From assembly GCA_964035545.1 (NCBI GenBank), contig OZ037769.1:10136633-10200632 (forward strand): a DNA stretch of 64,000 nt. Reading direction: 5' to 3'. The translations under genes were made by a program, and so were the position numbers. This document shows, piece by piece, positions 40,114 through 52,517 of the stretch. Source of the stretch: Bugula neritina (Eukaryota; Animalia; Bryozoa). The notes under the pieces were generated by a model that worked only from the letters and a program-made list of their open reading frames with translations, was not told the DNA's origin and searched no databases. Position 1 is the first letter of the stretch, and each line of letters starts with the position of its first letter.

Positions 40114-40799
40114 ACCCCCTATTCACACTTACCGTACCGTACGCCGTAACAGCAAATTTTAGCGATTTTTTTTTAACATCCGGGCTAAATCGTACTCCGG
40201 TATACGTTGCGGCGTTGATCAAGCAGTGCTTGATTAAAAAAATCACGGCGGGCTCCTATTGGGTAGAGTTGATCTGGCACTAAAATTTAAAGAACATTTT
40301 CGCTAGTTTATTTTAATCGCTTATTTTTGATTTAATTTAACCAATTCAAAAGTTTTAAAAGATTAAAAAATTTTTATCCGGCTTGTTTGAATTGAACTCA
40401 GCTTAAAAATCTAGCTTTCCCTAATCACAAAATCAAGCAAACCAAAAACTTAAAAATGATTTGGACGGCTTAAATATTCATTATTTAAATTAGTTTGCAC
40501 AATTATTTTAAAAACGAATATATTTAAAAAGAAGATTCTTTTCATGTAATTGCTTTTATTTAGTAAATAGCATTTATATAACATCTTTTGATAAGAATGT
40601 TGCGAATAATTTGTAAATAATATTCAAAGGCGTTCAAATCACTGCAGACAAGAGTTGGCTTTATTATGATTGGTCACAGCTCAACGTCATGCATTGTACT
40701 TTTACGGCAATGTGTGAACACCCGTTGACAAAATGCAACAGCGTCGCCATTTTGTTTTTGCTGTTACGGCGTACGATACGGTAAGTGTGAATAGGGGGT
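40114..40799. mobile_element. MITE with ~40-bp terminal inverted repeats, PIF/Harbinger-like
   Basis: accccctattcacacttaccgtaccgtacgccgtaacagcaaa versus tttgctgttacggcgtacgatacggtaagtgtgaatagggggt; TAA-like flanks. Confidence 0.75.
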
Positions 40800-41045
40800 A
40801 AGGCCGACTGTGGGCGCCGGAAAGCATTGCTTATAAATGGAGTTGTCGACCCTGATTGGTCGACACAGATTTCTGTAGTATTGTCCGCAGTTGCTGGCGA
40901 TGCCGCCTCATTTATTAGCGGGCACGGCATGTAGAGACGGCATGACTTGGAGTTGCTGTTCCTGACCATAATCTATTGCATTATGTTTACCAGAGGACAC
41001 TGGGGGGAGGGGGTATACTTCCACTGACCATTACAATGTTACATT

Positions 41046-42765
41046 CAGGGATGTAGTGGTACCCATACGGTCCCATACGCCGTATGGCCTAGAAGAAAAT
41101 AGACTGTTCTAGGCCATACGCCCGTATGGGCATAATATTTTTGAAAGATGATTAGTGCACAGGATAGTTAGGGCATCCTCACTAAGAATATCATAAATTT
41201 CGCTCACAATCTAGTTTAAGTTCTTGTTATGTTAATGCTATGTGGGTGGCATGCGTGTTGCCTACTTGTGATTGTTTAGCCTTCTCATCTTTACGTGTTC
41301 ACTGAAGCGCGAAGTGCTGTGCATTGGTGATTGCTAAGGAAAAATATTTTATTTCAGTGTATAAATCACTAATTTGCAGAAAATCTATGAAGGCTATTGA
41401 AAGGATCAAAAAATTTGCTATGCATAAATTTCTCAGGTTTCTGACAGTGTTTGTTTTATTCTAATACCATACTTTCCTGCTGAGATATTTGGCAGATTTT
41501 GAGAAATAAACTTTCAGATAAAATTAGCCAAAATTAGTAGTTTTTTGGCTATAACTTTGCAAAAAGAAATATTGAAAACTTGCAAAAAGCAGGTGCTCTG
41601 TGGAACAGGAAGATCTACAACATAGTTTTTGAATTCTAATTCTAGCACAATTAGGCAGTGACAGCTAGAAGGTTGCCCTTATCTATCTTGTGTGGACTTG
41701 TATTTTGTCAATAAGCAATGGAATTTTAAAAAACCAACATGAAATCCAGAAATAAAATCAAAATGTCTTCAAGAAACAGTACCAGTTGTGTAGGAGAGCT
41801 TAACGAAAATTTATCACTGAGGTCTACAGGTACTATGTCCACATTTTGCTCAAAAACCTAGCGTTATTGCATGTTAATTATCAATGCAATGAGGTTTTGC
41901 AAACTGTACACCACCATAAGTAACCGTTTATGTTTGATTGTACTAACTAACATCTGGCTTTATATTTAATCATCTTCTAGGTTAACTCATATTAAACCTG
42001 TCAATTTTTTTCATTTGGGGTATATTTCCTTGATGTGTCTAGTGAAAGTTCAGGGGTTTTGTTTTAAAACCAAGTTAACATACTCTTCTTGGGTGTGCTT
42101 TATTGTGTGTTAGAAGGTGTGTTGGTATCTCCTTATGGATTAGACTAGTACTCCAATAAACTCCAATTAGGTTTTTAACCAATTTCTGCTTGCCAATGAG
42201 TTATCAATTCAAATTGCTCTTTATAAATTACAAATTCACACATTTTCTGACTTGCAATCTGCTTCTCTTCTGATCTATAATTCTTTTTCTGGGCACTTGG
42301 CCTATTAGTTATTAATAAAGTAATCAGGTTGCATTTGGAGAGCACTTGTTACCTGCCTCTATCCTTCCATCTTTTTGTGATCTTCAGCAATTTTTCTGTA
42401 CAGTTTGGACTTGGTGCATGTCAGAACAAACCTAACTGCAGTTGAGTAAGACTTTACATTTAAAATTACAGTCAACAAGTGTGGGACAATACTGAATATT
42501 TATATAGTTTGCAGCAATGCTCAGTCGTCATGTAGCTGGTATGGTATGAAAATAATAGTGAGGTGCACATTTCAGCACATATTTTTTCAGAAGAATTAGA
42601 ATTCACAATGGCTTTAAATTGCATAAATTTGCATCAGAAGAGCTCTGAGGGCTTCGGCGGCCGGGGCGCTGCCCCGGACCCCGCGGGGGGGGGGCGGGGC
42701 TGGGCGGCCCCCTGGACCCCTGACCTGAGAGTATGGCCTAGAATATTTTTGCCACTACATCCCTG
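41046..42765. mobile_element. Non-autonomous hAT DNA transposon, 1720 bp
   Basis: Perfect 14-bp TIR cagggatgtagtgg / ccactacatccctg; perfect 8-bp TSD gttacatt; subterminal gtatggcctaga repeats. Confidence 0.92.
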
Positions 42766-42863
42766 GTTACATTACATTGTGATGAAGTAACTTTTTATCA
42801 AACTTATACTGTGCTAGTTACAATGCATCCAACAGTTCTTACTTGTGCATTAAAAGGGCCACC

Positions 42864-44983
42864 TGTGATGGATTTTAATAGTTGTCGTCACTATGTTCTG
42901 AAAGTTCTAGTTTATATAATAATTACTATAATTGACTTGGCGTAACTTTTTGAATGCTGTTAAGTGTTGTAATTATAGCTAAGCTCTTAGCGTAGTGAAT
43001 AGCGTAATGATTGTGAATTACCCTTCCTAGTTTTGTTTGTTATAAAATACTGTAATAACTTTTGTTAAGCTATCTTCCCGCCTATTTTTTCATTTTTTTT
43101 GTAAATAGATCTTTAAGTCAGTCTACCACTCGACCAATGCACATCTAGAAGACAATAAAGAAACTTTTTATTTCCAGATCAAGAAGACTTTTATTATCAC
43201 AATAGTAATAAGGCATGCAGATTGCTTCATCTATTTCATAAATACTCTACAAGTTACTACATGGGGGGCAGCGGTGGGATATAAAATAAACATGCAAGAC
43301 AGGCAGCCATTACTAAAGAAGAAGAAGAAAGAAGAAGGACAAAGAAAGAAAAATAGAGATGGGGAGAGAAGGAAGAGAAAAAGAACCTCTCACCATGGAG
43401 ACACTCATTACTGCCCTCCGAGAAGTCAGTGGGGCTGGGCAGGCGCCACCTGGTGACAGGCATCAACTTAGGCCTCCGATTTTCGGAGATGAGGGGGATG
43501 TAGAACAATTCATTAGGGAGTTCGAAGAGGTAGCCAACGTCGCTGGATGGCCGGCCCAGACATGCCTCCTTCAACTCCAGACCTGTTTTACAGATCAGGC
43601 AAAGAGTTACAGCCTCGGTTTTAATGTTGGCCATATCTTTCAGGCCCTCAGGTCCGGTTTCGAGATCACCGCCCGTGCTGCCAAAGATCGCCTAAGAAGT
43701 ATACAACAAAACAGGAAGACGTCGCTCCAGGACCGCGCCAATGCTATAGAAGCACTGGCACAAGTGGCCTACAGCGATGTCGATCCGGAAGAACGACGAA
43801 GCTTGGTATACGAAGTATTCTCCCATACCATCAACAATGCCATGTTACGTTATTACTTGGCGACAAAAATCACCACCATTGGGGAAGCCCTGGCCATTGG
43901 AGAGGCGTACTACGAAGTAGAGGGATTCCAGGGAGCGCACTTCACGGCCAGCCAGGTAGAGGAGCAACCTGAAGCAACAAAGCCGGTCCACTGAGCCCTC
44001 AGACTGCTGCACCTTCACCCAGCCAACTCACCGTATTGATGGACATGATGAAGGGCTTACAAGCAGAGATAAAGAAGATGCAGCAAGAACAAGCTAATAG
44101 GCGAGCACCCAGGTCTTGGGGCGAACTTATCGGCTCTTCACATCTCACCTGTTAGAGGAGGGATGTGGCACCATGGGACATGTGCGTAGGCAGTGTTCTC
44201 AAGAAGGAAGGATGTCTTTAAACACCCGAGGCTCACGGCAACTTCCGCCAACCGTGGGCCCCAAGCCAACCTCGTCGGAGTTGCCCGAGGAGGGTGTGGA
44301 AGAGAATGCAGCTTACTCGCAAGAGTTTCCCAAGCTACTTTCACAACCTCAGAAAACCCCCGGTGTCTGTAAGACGAAGAGGGGGCCCGCTGTAAGAACT
44401 CAAGAAGTGTCTCCCTCAAAGACTGACCGCTCCAGGAACACCCAGCCGTACAGAAGCAGCTACTTTCTGCCTGGAAAAATTTCGGGTAAAGCTGCCACCT
44501 CCCTGCTAGACACCGGGTGCAATACAAACCTGCTGAGTCGGCGTCTCTTTGACACTCTTGGTGCCCGAGAGTGGGCAAGCCTCGAGCGGCATGAGGGTGC
44601 ACATGGCACATTGGCGGACGGATCATGTATTCCTTCTTACGGCATCATTACACTACCTGGACGCGTCTGCGATCAGGAAAATCCCCCTCGTACCAGTCGA
44701 GGAGCAGTCCTGGAGCACTTGGCTGATCTGTATGGTGAAGCGTGTGACAACTGTACGAGTAGTACTGAATGCCAAGTACTGGCTCAACTACTTATGGAGT
44801 ACGGTGATGGTTTCAGTCGCGAAGACAGGGACATGGGGCTGACCAAGGTTATCTCTCATGAGATACTCCTGGCAGCCGGCACCACCCCTATCAAACAGCC
44901 AACCCGACATCTAGGCTCGGAGAAGGAGGTAAGCCGGCAGGTGCAGGATCTTCTCAACCGGGACCTGATTGAGCCTGCTCACA
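42864..44983 (+). mobile_element. E0: 5' fragment of a related Gypsy element (LTR ~42864-43261, degenerate tRNA-Leu PBS, gag, internally deleted protease and RT start)
   Basis: PBS-like ggcagcggtgggat ending at 43280; gag 43359-43994 is similar to the E3 gag; protease LLDTG; similarity stops after DLIEPAH. The LTR start is inferred from TGTGATG. Confidence 0.85.
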
Positions 44984-46054
44984 AAATGTGGGAAACTGTG
45001 TAGCTTTAGCGAGTTTTAATTTTGGTAGCTCAAGAAGAGCGGTAGATTATTAGTTGTTTGTTTGCAACAAACTGCGTAGAGACAATAATTTAACAGTATT
45101 GATTCGAATAGTTTTATAAGCAGCTCCAAGTTAGGGGTGACTGCGTGCAGTAGTTTGCGGTTCTCGAGTTTAAGGTTTAGGGTTTATTGGAACTCCTATT
45201 TACAAAAAGCCCGAGAACCGCAAACACTGCGCTTAGTTCTTCCCAACTTGACGCAGTGTGGTATATTTAGGAGTGTTGACTTTAAACCATGAAAAATCAT
45301 AATGCCGCTATTGGTACCGCGAGTTTATATAAGTTATAAAAGAAAAATTTTGTCACTTTTGTGATTTTATTTTTTTTTAATTTTATGTGTCTATTTTTTT
45401 TAATTTTGTTTATTAGTAAAGTTTTTAAACATATTTTCAATGCATATAAAATTAAAAAAAAAATTAAAACTCAATCACGTGTTATAATTTTCAGATTTAG
45501 GGTCGATGTGCCACCAAGAGAGTCTATTTATCACTAGAGAAACTTCACCGAGTTAAGTCGAGTAGATATCGTTATATTTTAATACAAGAATACATAATAA
45601 AATCTAATGTACAACAGTAATGATACGCACGTCTATTTAATTTACAGCACTATCCTCAACTGAGCTAGTAGCGCGAAGCTGCTACTATTACTCATAAAAC
45701 AGCCTAGCTAATTGGCTAATGCATTGTTCCGGGTCAATACGCAACCTTGCGTATTGTGTTGCTGGTAGCTCCACGAGCCACCACACTGCCCCCTCCAGCA
45801 GAAAGCCCTCTTTCTGATAAAAATAAAATTCACATAAAAAAACGTATACTTCGTTGCGGGGGGAAGAGAACAGTATAAAAGTATATACAAAAAAACAAAC
45901 AACCGATAAAATATACAGGTATATATAAAACGTGCAGAATAAGTAATAAGTAAGAGAAGGTCCTATCTACATGTAGAGTACGTGCCACCATAACGGTAGG
46001 GAATGCCACAGAGAGGTAGGGGAAGAGTAGTATGGAGTTGGAGATAGACTCAAG

Positions 46055-47184
46055 TTAACTGCGGGCCGCACGCTTCATGCGTTTAATAGACTCCTGTAAA
46101 TATTTGAGTTCACTGGATGCAGCCTGCACCCGCGGGGCCAGTCTGTACACTTCTTGCTCCAAGTCGTGTGCCCTAGCTTCTACTTCACGTAGGTTGCGGG
46201 CCCAGGGGGACGAGCGAGAGGAAGTCGGCTGTCTGTGTCTTTTCCGCTCTGAGGATGGAAGGGGAGGAGGAAGTGTATACGCATTCGTGTCTACCCTCTG
46301 TAGTACGACACGAGGAAAGGTATGCGGTATGCGTAGAGGACTGTGAGGTGGAGAGTTAGTAGACTGTATAGGTTTATCTGTGGCTCCAGAGATGATGGGT
46401 CACGGGGAAGGGAAGCCTTGCTCCAGGCGAGATAGCCGAGCTGGGTCAGTGATGAGTGGTTTGATGGCGTTGAGAAATGCAGGATAGGATGATTCGTCTA
46501 CTTCATAGACATGTCCTTGATAACACTGCATAGTACGTTGGTGACGCAGTAGGTAATCACGATTGTAGCTATATTCTCCGCAAGGGCAGAAAGTGGTGAT
46601 GTAATGTTGCGGCAAGTGTACTTTCAGTCTGCGGTGGGTTGTAAATCGCTGCTGGCAGAGGTTGCATTCGCAATTACTTTCACCTCCTTGATGAGTCCTA
46701 ATCTCTCTCTCTGTGGCAGGGGTAATCCAGTTGGAGGTTGCTTCCAACTGGGGTGGCAGTTGCCTGGTTGTAGAAGTTGTTGGGGCCGGCTCTGGGTCCC
46801 ACGCCATCTCTAGAGAAGGCATGCCCGGAGAGACGGGCGCGAGTGTGTCTACAAAAGTAGAATTATTGTTAGATTGCGGTGGATCTTTACAACATAATTC
46901 TAGTGACTGTCGACTGTTGCTAGCCTGAGAGTCACAGCTTTTGGAATGCACTCGAGGAACCGATGAATCATGTGTGGACTGACCAAGAACAGTGTCTAGC
47001 TCCAGGTCTAACAGACCATCGGCCATTACAGTGTCTTCATCGTCATTCACATGAAACGTGGTTCCCAGTAATTCTGATTCAATCTGCTGAATTAGTTCAG
47101 AATTTACTGGCATCGAGCCCGTTTCCATGAATAGGAATACAAGACTTATACTGGCTTACCTGGGAACTCGGTATTAATGTCCAT
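46055..47184 (-). pseudogene. E2 accessory ORF3, predicted spliced (47160-47184 + 46055-46848), with a single in-frame TGA at 46400
   Basis: CNLC-x12-H-x3-H and CPC-x12-H-x5-C. Reading through the TGA gives the homologous coiled coil ARNLREVEARAHDLEQEVYRLAP..SIKRMKRAARS*. Confidence 0.75.
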
Positions 47185-50100
47185 ACTCAACGTTCTTGGT
47201 AAGATTGGAGCTGGTTGTGAGATACGTCTGCCTTTGGCGATGTCAGCATAAGAAAAGGCTGAGCATCGTTTCTGAGGCACGAGGTCGGAACTATTTGCTT
47301 TACGCGCATTAATTCCTCCCACTATTCCGCACTCGCAAAAGTTGATATTTGCGTGGGGTTCACAACTCCAACATTTCATCGTACGGTTTTCCCCTAGACT
47401 TTCATGTGCGCCGCTTCTAATGCAGTCACATACGAAGTCTTTTAAATATGGTGGGGGTTTCCTCGTACGCTGTCCCCTTTCTAGGGGGGGTGACACGCTT
47501 GCCGGTTCGTTAGTAGGGGCCTCTAATGGCGTCTCTACTTCACCGTTAGCGGTCACCTCTTCTTGTTCTCCGGATGGAGCCCCTCCCTCCGTGGGGGTTT
47601 GCACTTCCGGAACCGGCTCGGTTTCTGGAAGTGATGGAATTAGACTTGGCGGTGGCGGACACGCTTCTGTTGGCAAAAGCTGCCGCTCCTCTCTCACCAA
47701 GTTTTCTTCCCGCGGTATGACCACTTCGTATTCAGGTCCATGCCGCCGTCGCCCGCGCGTTGTTGTCTGCCTCCTGGGCTCTAACAACGGGGGGGCTTCT
47801 CCCACTCCGTCGGGGCTAGCCCAATACGGTTTCAAGCGAGACTCATTCTGGATAGACACCTGTCCTGAGCGCTCAATCTTGTACGTATGATTGGGCATAG
47901 CCTCGACGATCACGTAGGGTCCTACGAACTTAGGCTTCAGTTTATCAGCCTGTCCGCGACGCCTACGGTAATTGACCATCCACACCTTATCTCCCGTTTG
48001 ATAGAGAGGTGGTTCATCGGAATCTTCGTGCCGCACCTTCCACTGCTGTTGGCGCAGTATATCGTGTGCGGCCTTCATCCGTTCCACTAGTTCACTGGCA
48101 TACTCGTGAACCGAGTTGTCTTGCTCTGGAACGTGATAGGTGAGATGGTCAGGGACACGAGTCTCCCTCCCGAGCATCAAGAGGTTTGGGGTCTCACCAG
48201 TACTGGTGTGTGGGGTGCTACGGTATGCACGCATGACTTGCGGCAACACCGTATCCCATTCCTCTTGACCTCATCCAAGGAGGAGACTCCGGAGCGCATC
48301 ACCTAGCATCCGGTTGTTGCGCTCCACCACCCCGTTACCTTGAGGGTGGTAGGGGGTGGTCCTGCTCTGATTTACTCCCCAGAGGTGACAAAGGTCGCTC
48401 ATCAGTTGAGACTGGAATTGAGCGCCTTGATCAGAGTGTATCTGTTCGGGGAGCCCAAAATAACAGAATACATGTTGGTCTAGTGCCCTGGCCACTGTTG
48501 GGGCTGATGCATCTGGGATAGCCAGAGCATCCGCCCACCTAGTAAAGTGGTCGGTTAGTACTAGGATCCAATTATTGCCTCTGGGGGTCAGGGGCATGGG
48601 TCCGACCAGGTCTACAGCGACTACTTGCCAGGGCCTACCAGCATATAGCCTCCGCCGTCCTGCTTCACCAGGGGGGCGGCTATGCTTACTGGCCTGGCAG
48701 ATCTCACACTGTTTGACTCTGAGTCGGACATCACGCTCCATTTGTGGCCAATACCACCGGAGTCGTAATTTGGATATCACTCTCTTGACCCCTGCGTGGG
48801 CCTGTTTGTGAGTATCCCAAATCAACTCACGGCGGATGGCCGTGGGGCAGACTACCCTCTTCCTTTCCGGGTGTCTGCCGCTGGCAGCTAGGGAGATGGT
48901 GAGTAACCCATCCTGCCCGATCCGCAGCGAGTCCCAACGCTGACAGTATAGCCGGAACTCGGCGCATCCCTGTCGTATGCGTTCTTCGCTGGGTCGTCGC
49001 CCTTCCCTTTTGGCCCGGTATATGTCTGCCACGACTCCAGGCAGCTCTTCTTGGAGCTTCTTCAGCTCTCGAACATTACCGGCCAGTACAGGGTTGGCGC
49101 GGAGGTTTTGTACATCCTCCGGGGACTCATCAACTCCTTGCCTGAGTTGACCCTGGTCCCAGTCAAACGGTGCTCCGTGCTGAGCCAGCGTCTCCAACTC
49201 GCATCGCGGGGGACCTCCATCCCTCCTCTCGATGTTGAGACACTGTTTGCAACCTCCGTCAGGTCGGCGACTCAACCCATCCGCATTGCTGTGTCTCTTG
49301 CCCGGTCGATGTTCGATCCGGTATGAGAATTCAGCTAGGATTTCGAGCCACCGGGCGACCTGACTAGAGGGCTCTGCTCTCTTGCACAACCAGATCAGCG
49401 AGGCATGATCCGTACGCAGCCGGAACTTCCTGCCGTATAAGTATGGTCTGAAGTGCTTCACTGACTTGATTACTGCCGGCAGCTCCTTGTGGGTAGTGCA
49501 GTAATTTCGTTCAGCGGGTGAGAGAGACTTGCTGTAGTAGGCTACTACTACCTCTCGGCCCTCCTGCACTTGTGACAGCACAGCGCCAACATTTTGGTCA
49601 CTGGCGTCCGTGTCGAGGATGTACTCCAGAGTGGGGTCTGGGTAGGCCAAGATGGGCGCCGTTAGTAGGCAGCCCTTGAGGCGGTCGAACGCTCCTTGTT
49701 CGACTGGGGTCCACTGCCACGTCACTCCCTTTGCGGTGAGCCGGTTTAACGGCTGTGCTATGCCCGCAAAGTCCGGTATGTATTGCCTGTAATACCCTAC
49801 CAGCCCCAAGAAAGCCCGGAGTCCGGTCAAGTCTTGGGGGGTGACCCAGTCTTCTACCGCCCGTACCTTTTCGGGATCCGTTGCCACGCCGTTTCGACCG
49901 ACAACGTGCCCCAGGTACTTGACCTCCGGCTGCAATAAAGCGCACTTGGAAGGTTTGAGCTTAAGACCGGCACCTCGGAGTCTCTCGAAAACCTCCTGCA
50001 GACGACTGACATGTGTCTCGAAGTCTGGAGAGATTACGATGACATCATCGAGGTAGACCAGCAGTGTCTTCCAATGGAGCCCGCTAAGGACTTGTTCCAT

Positions 50101-51243
50101 CAGCCTCTGGAAGGTGGCTGGGGCGGAGGTTAACCCGAAGGGCAGCACCTTCCACTTCCACAAACCGTCCCGTGTGATAAACGCCGCTTTCTCTTGGGCG
50201 TCGGGACTCAGAGGAACTTGCCAATAGCCGCTTAGCAAGTCTAACGTACCGAAGTACTTGCTGCCGGCTAGGGCGTCCAATGACTCGTCAATACGAGGTA
50301 GAGGGTAGGCGTCCTGTATGGTTACGCTATTGAGTTTGCGGTAATCCACACAGAACCGCCAACTGCTGTCTTTCTTCCGGACCAGTACGACTGGCGAGCT
50401 CCACGCACTATGGGCGGGCTCTATCAGTCCCCGGTCCAGAAGATCCCGTACTTGTCGGCTAACCTCCTTCTCTTTCTCCGGCCCCAGCCTGCGTGTGGGC
50501 TGCCGGACAGGGACTGTCCCTGCAGTCAGCGGTATTTCGTGTCTGACAGTTCCAGTCAGTCCCACGTCATGCTCTCCGCTGCTGAACACATCACCGTAGT
50601 CGCGTAGTAACTTAGCCATAACTTGGCGTTCTCTGTTACTCGCGCAGCCGCCACTGGCTGTTTCGTATAACTCCCGGAGATGTGTTGGGACTGCCCCTCG
50701 TCCCTGAATAGGGTGTCGAGGGGGTGCCTCCGTCGCGTCATCCAGCGACGGGCCCACGTCCTCTTCCTGGACGGAGTGGAACCGGCCCAGCATTGACCCA
50801 GCTGGGAGCTCAATGGGCTCGGTAAAGGGGTTGACACACTGCACTAAGACCTCCCCCCGCTCAGTTAGTCGGTTTAAACTACTGGCGAGTTGGATCCTTT
50901 CGTGCGCGCCTTCAACGACCCCGAGCCTGGCTATCTGGTTGCTGTTCACTCGGCAGTGGATAGTAGCTCTGGAGCGTCCGGGCACGGTGCAGTTTCGAAC
51001 TACCTGAACACCGCCCACCAGAAGACGCCCAAACTTATCCACACAGGCGAGTTCTCGCCCGCCCATCAGCACCACCGACTTACTAAAGTCTATTCGGCAC
51101 TGGTGTTGCTTCAAGAAGGGCATTCCGAGGATAGCATCTTCCTCCAGTTGGCCTATGACAAAGGTCTCCTGTACAGCGTGGTCTCGGACACGCCCAGGGA
51201 GCTCGATAATACCATAAAAGGGAATACATGACATCTTCGACAT
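47146..51243 (-). pseudogene. pol: E2 pol (partial PR, RT, RNase H, integrase) with one nonsense codon at 48271
   Basis: ORFs 48271-51243 and 47146-48249 are in the same frame, separated by a TGA where E3 has CGA. Confidence 0.93.
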
Positions 51244-51814
51244 CTTCCGACCCAGTAAAGGTGGGAGCTTTCAAGCAATGTCTATAAGCTTCTTCTCCCT
51301 CACGATTCACAGGATTAACAGCATTTCTACGCTCACCTTCTACTGGGGGTGGTTGCATTCTAGCATTTTCAGTCTCCATCTTTGATGTACACTATCCCAC
51401 TGCTGCCACCACTGTTGTAATTTTCAGATTTAGGGTCGATGTGCCACCAAGAGAGTCTATTTATCACTAGAGAAACTTCACCGAGTTAAGTCGAGTAGAT
51501 ATCGTTATATTTTAATACAAGAATACATAATAAAATCTAATGTACAACAGTAATGATACGCACGTCTATTTAATTTACAGCACTATCCTCAACTGAGCTA
51601 GTAGCGCGAAGCTGCTACTATTACTCATAAAACAGCCTAGCTAATTGGCTAATGCATTGTTCCGGGTCAATACGCAACCTTGCGTATTGTGTTGCTGGTA
51701 GCTCCACGAGCCACCACACATGCACGTAAATACAAAGCTATAAAGTTTAAGCTTTGCTGTGATTACAACGTGAATATGAATTGAATAATACTTGCAATAA
51801 CCATTTTACACAAA

Positions 51815-52392
51815 ATACGTTACAGTTGCTATAAATGTAAGACTAGTAAATTGGATGCAAATAGGCACGGTAATACTACTTAATATATATGCTATTTTTG
51901 AAATTTGTAGTAAATATTTGGCATGTATTATATATATATATATATATATAATAATAATATATTATATATTGTTATATTATATATTATAATATATTATATA
52001 TTATTATATTATATTATATATATATAATAATATCATATATAATATATTATTATATTATATATTATATTATATATATATAATAATATCATATATAATATAT
52101 TATTATATTATATTATATATAATATATATATATTATAATAATATATTATACATTAATATATTATATATTATATATATAATAATATCATATATAATATATA
52201 TATATATTATAATATTATATTATATATTATATTATATATGTATATTATATATATATAATAATATCATACATAATATATATAATATACTATTATATTATAT
52301 ATTATATATATATTATATATATATAATATTATCATATATAATATATTATTATATTATATAATAAATTATATTTATTATATATATAATAATAT

Positions 52393-52438
<46 letters not shown>

Positions 52439-52517
52439 GCCAAATATTTACTACAAATTTCAAGAATAGCATAGCATCCAATTTACTAGTCTTACATTTA
52501 TAGCAACTGTAACGTAT
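51815..52517. repeat. Fold-back structure: inverted arms (51815-51927 / ~52433-52517) around ~500 bp of nearly pure TA low-complexity DNA
   Basis: atacgttacagttgctataaatgtaagactagtaaattggatgc..tgaaatttgtagtaaatatttggcatgtat is the reverse complement of the right arm. Confidence 0.85.

Larger units (their letters stand above)
45480..51718 (-). mobile_element. E2: Gypsy LTR retrotransposon (6239 bp) with most of gag and the protease active site deleted
   Basis: 306-bp LTRs 45480-45785 and 51413-51718 (one difference seen); TSD CACG/CATG; PBS 51394-51411; deletion junction ~51232. Confidence 0.96.

Noticed and set aside
42650-42720. GC-rich, G-quadruplex-like island as a gene promoter
   Set aside because: It lies in the subterminal region of the 41046-42765 hAT element.
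46849-47128. Unspliced N-termini of ORF3 given in the ORF track (also 26198-26270 and 61109-61148)
   Set aside because: They are not similar between elements and lie within the predicted introns; similarity starts at the acceptor. Unspliced initiation cannot be fully excluded, especially for the open E2 intron.
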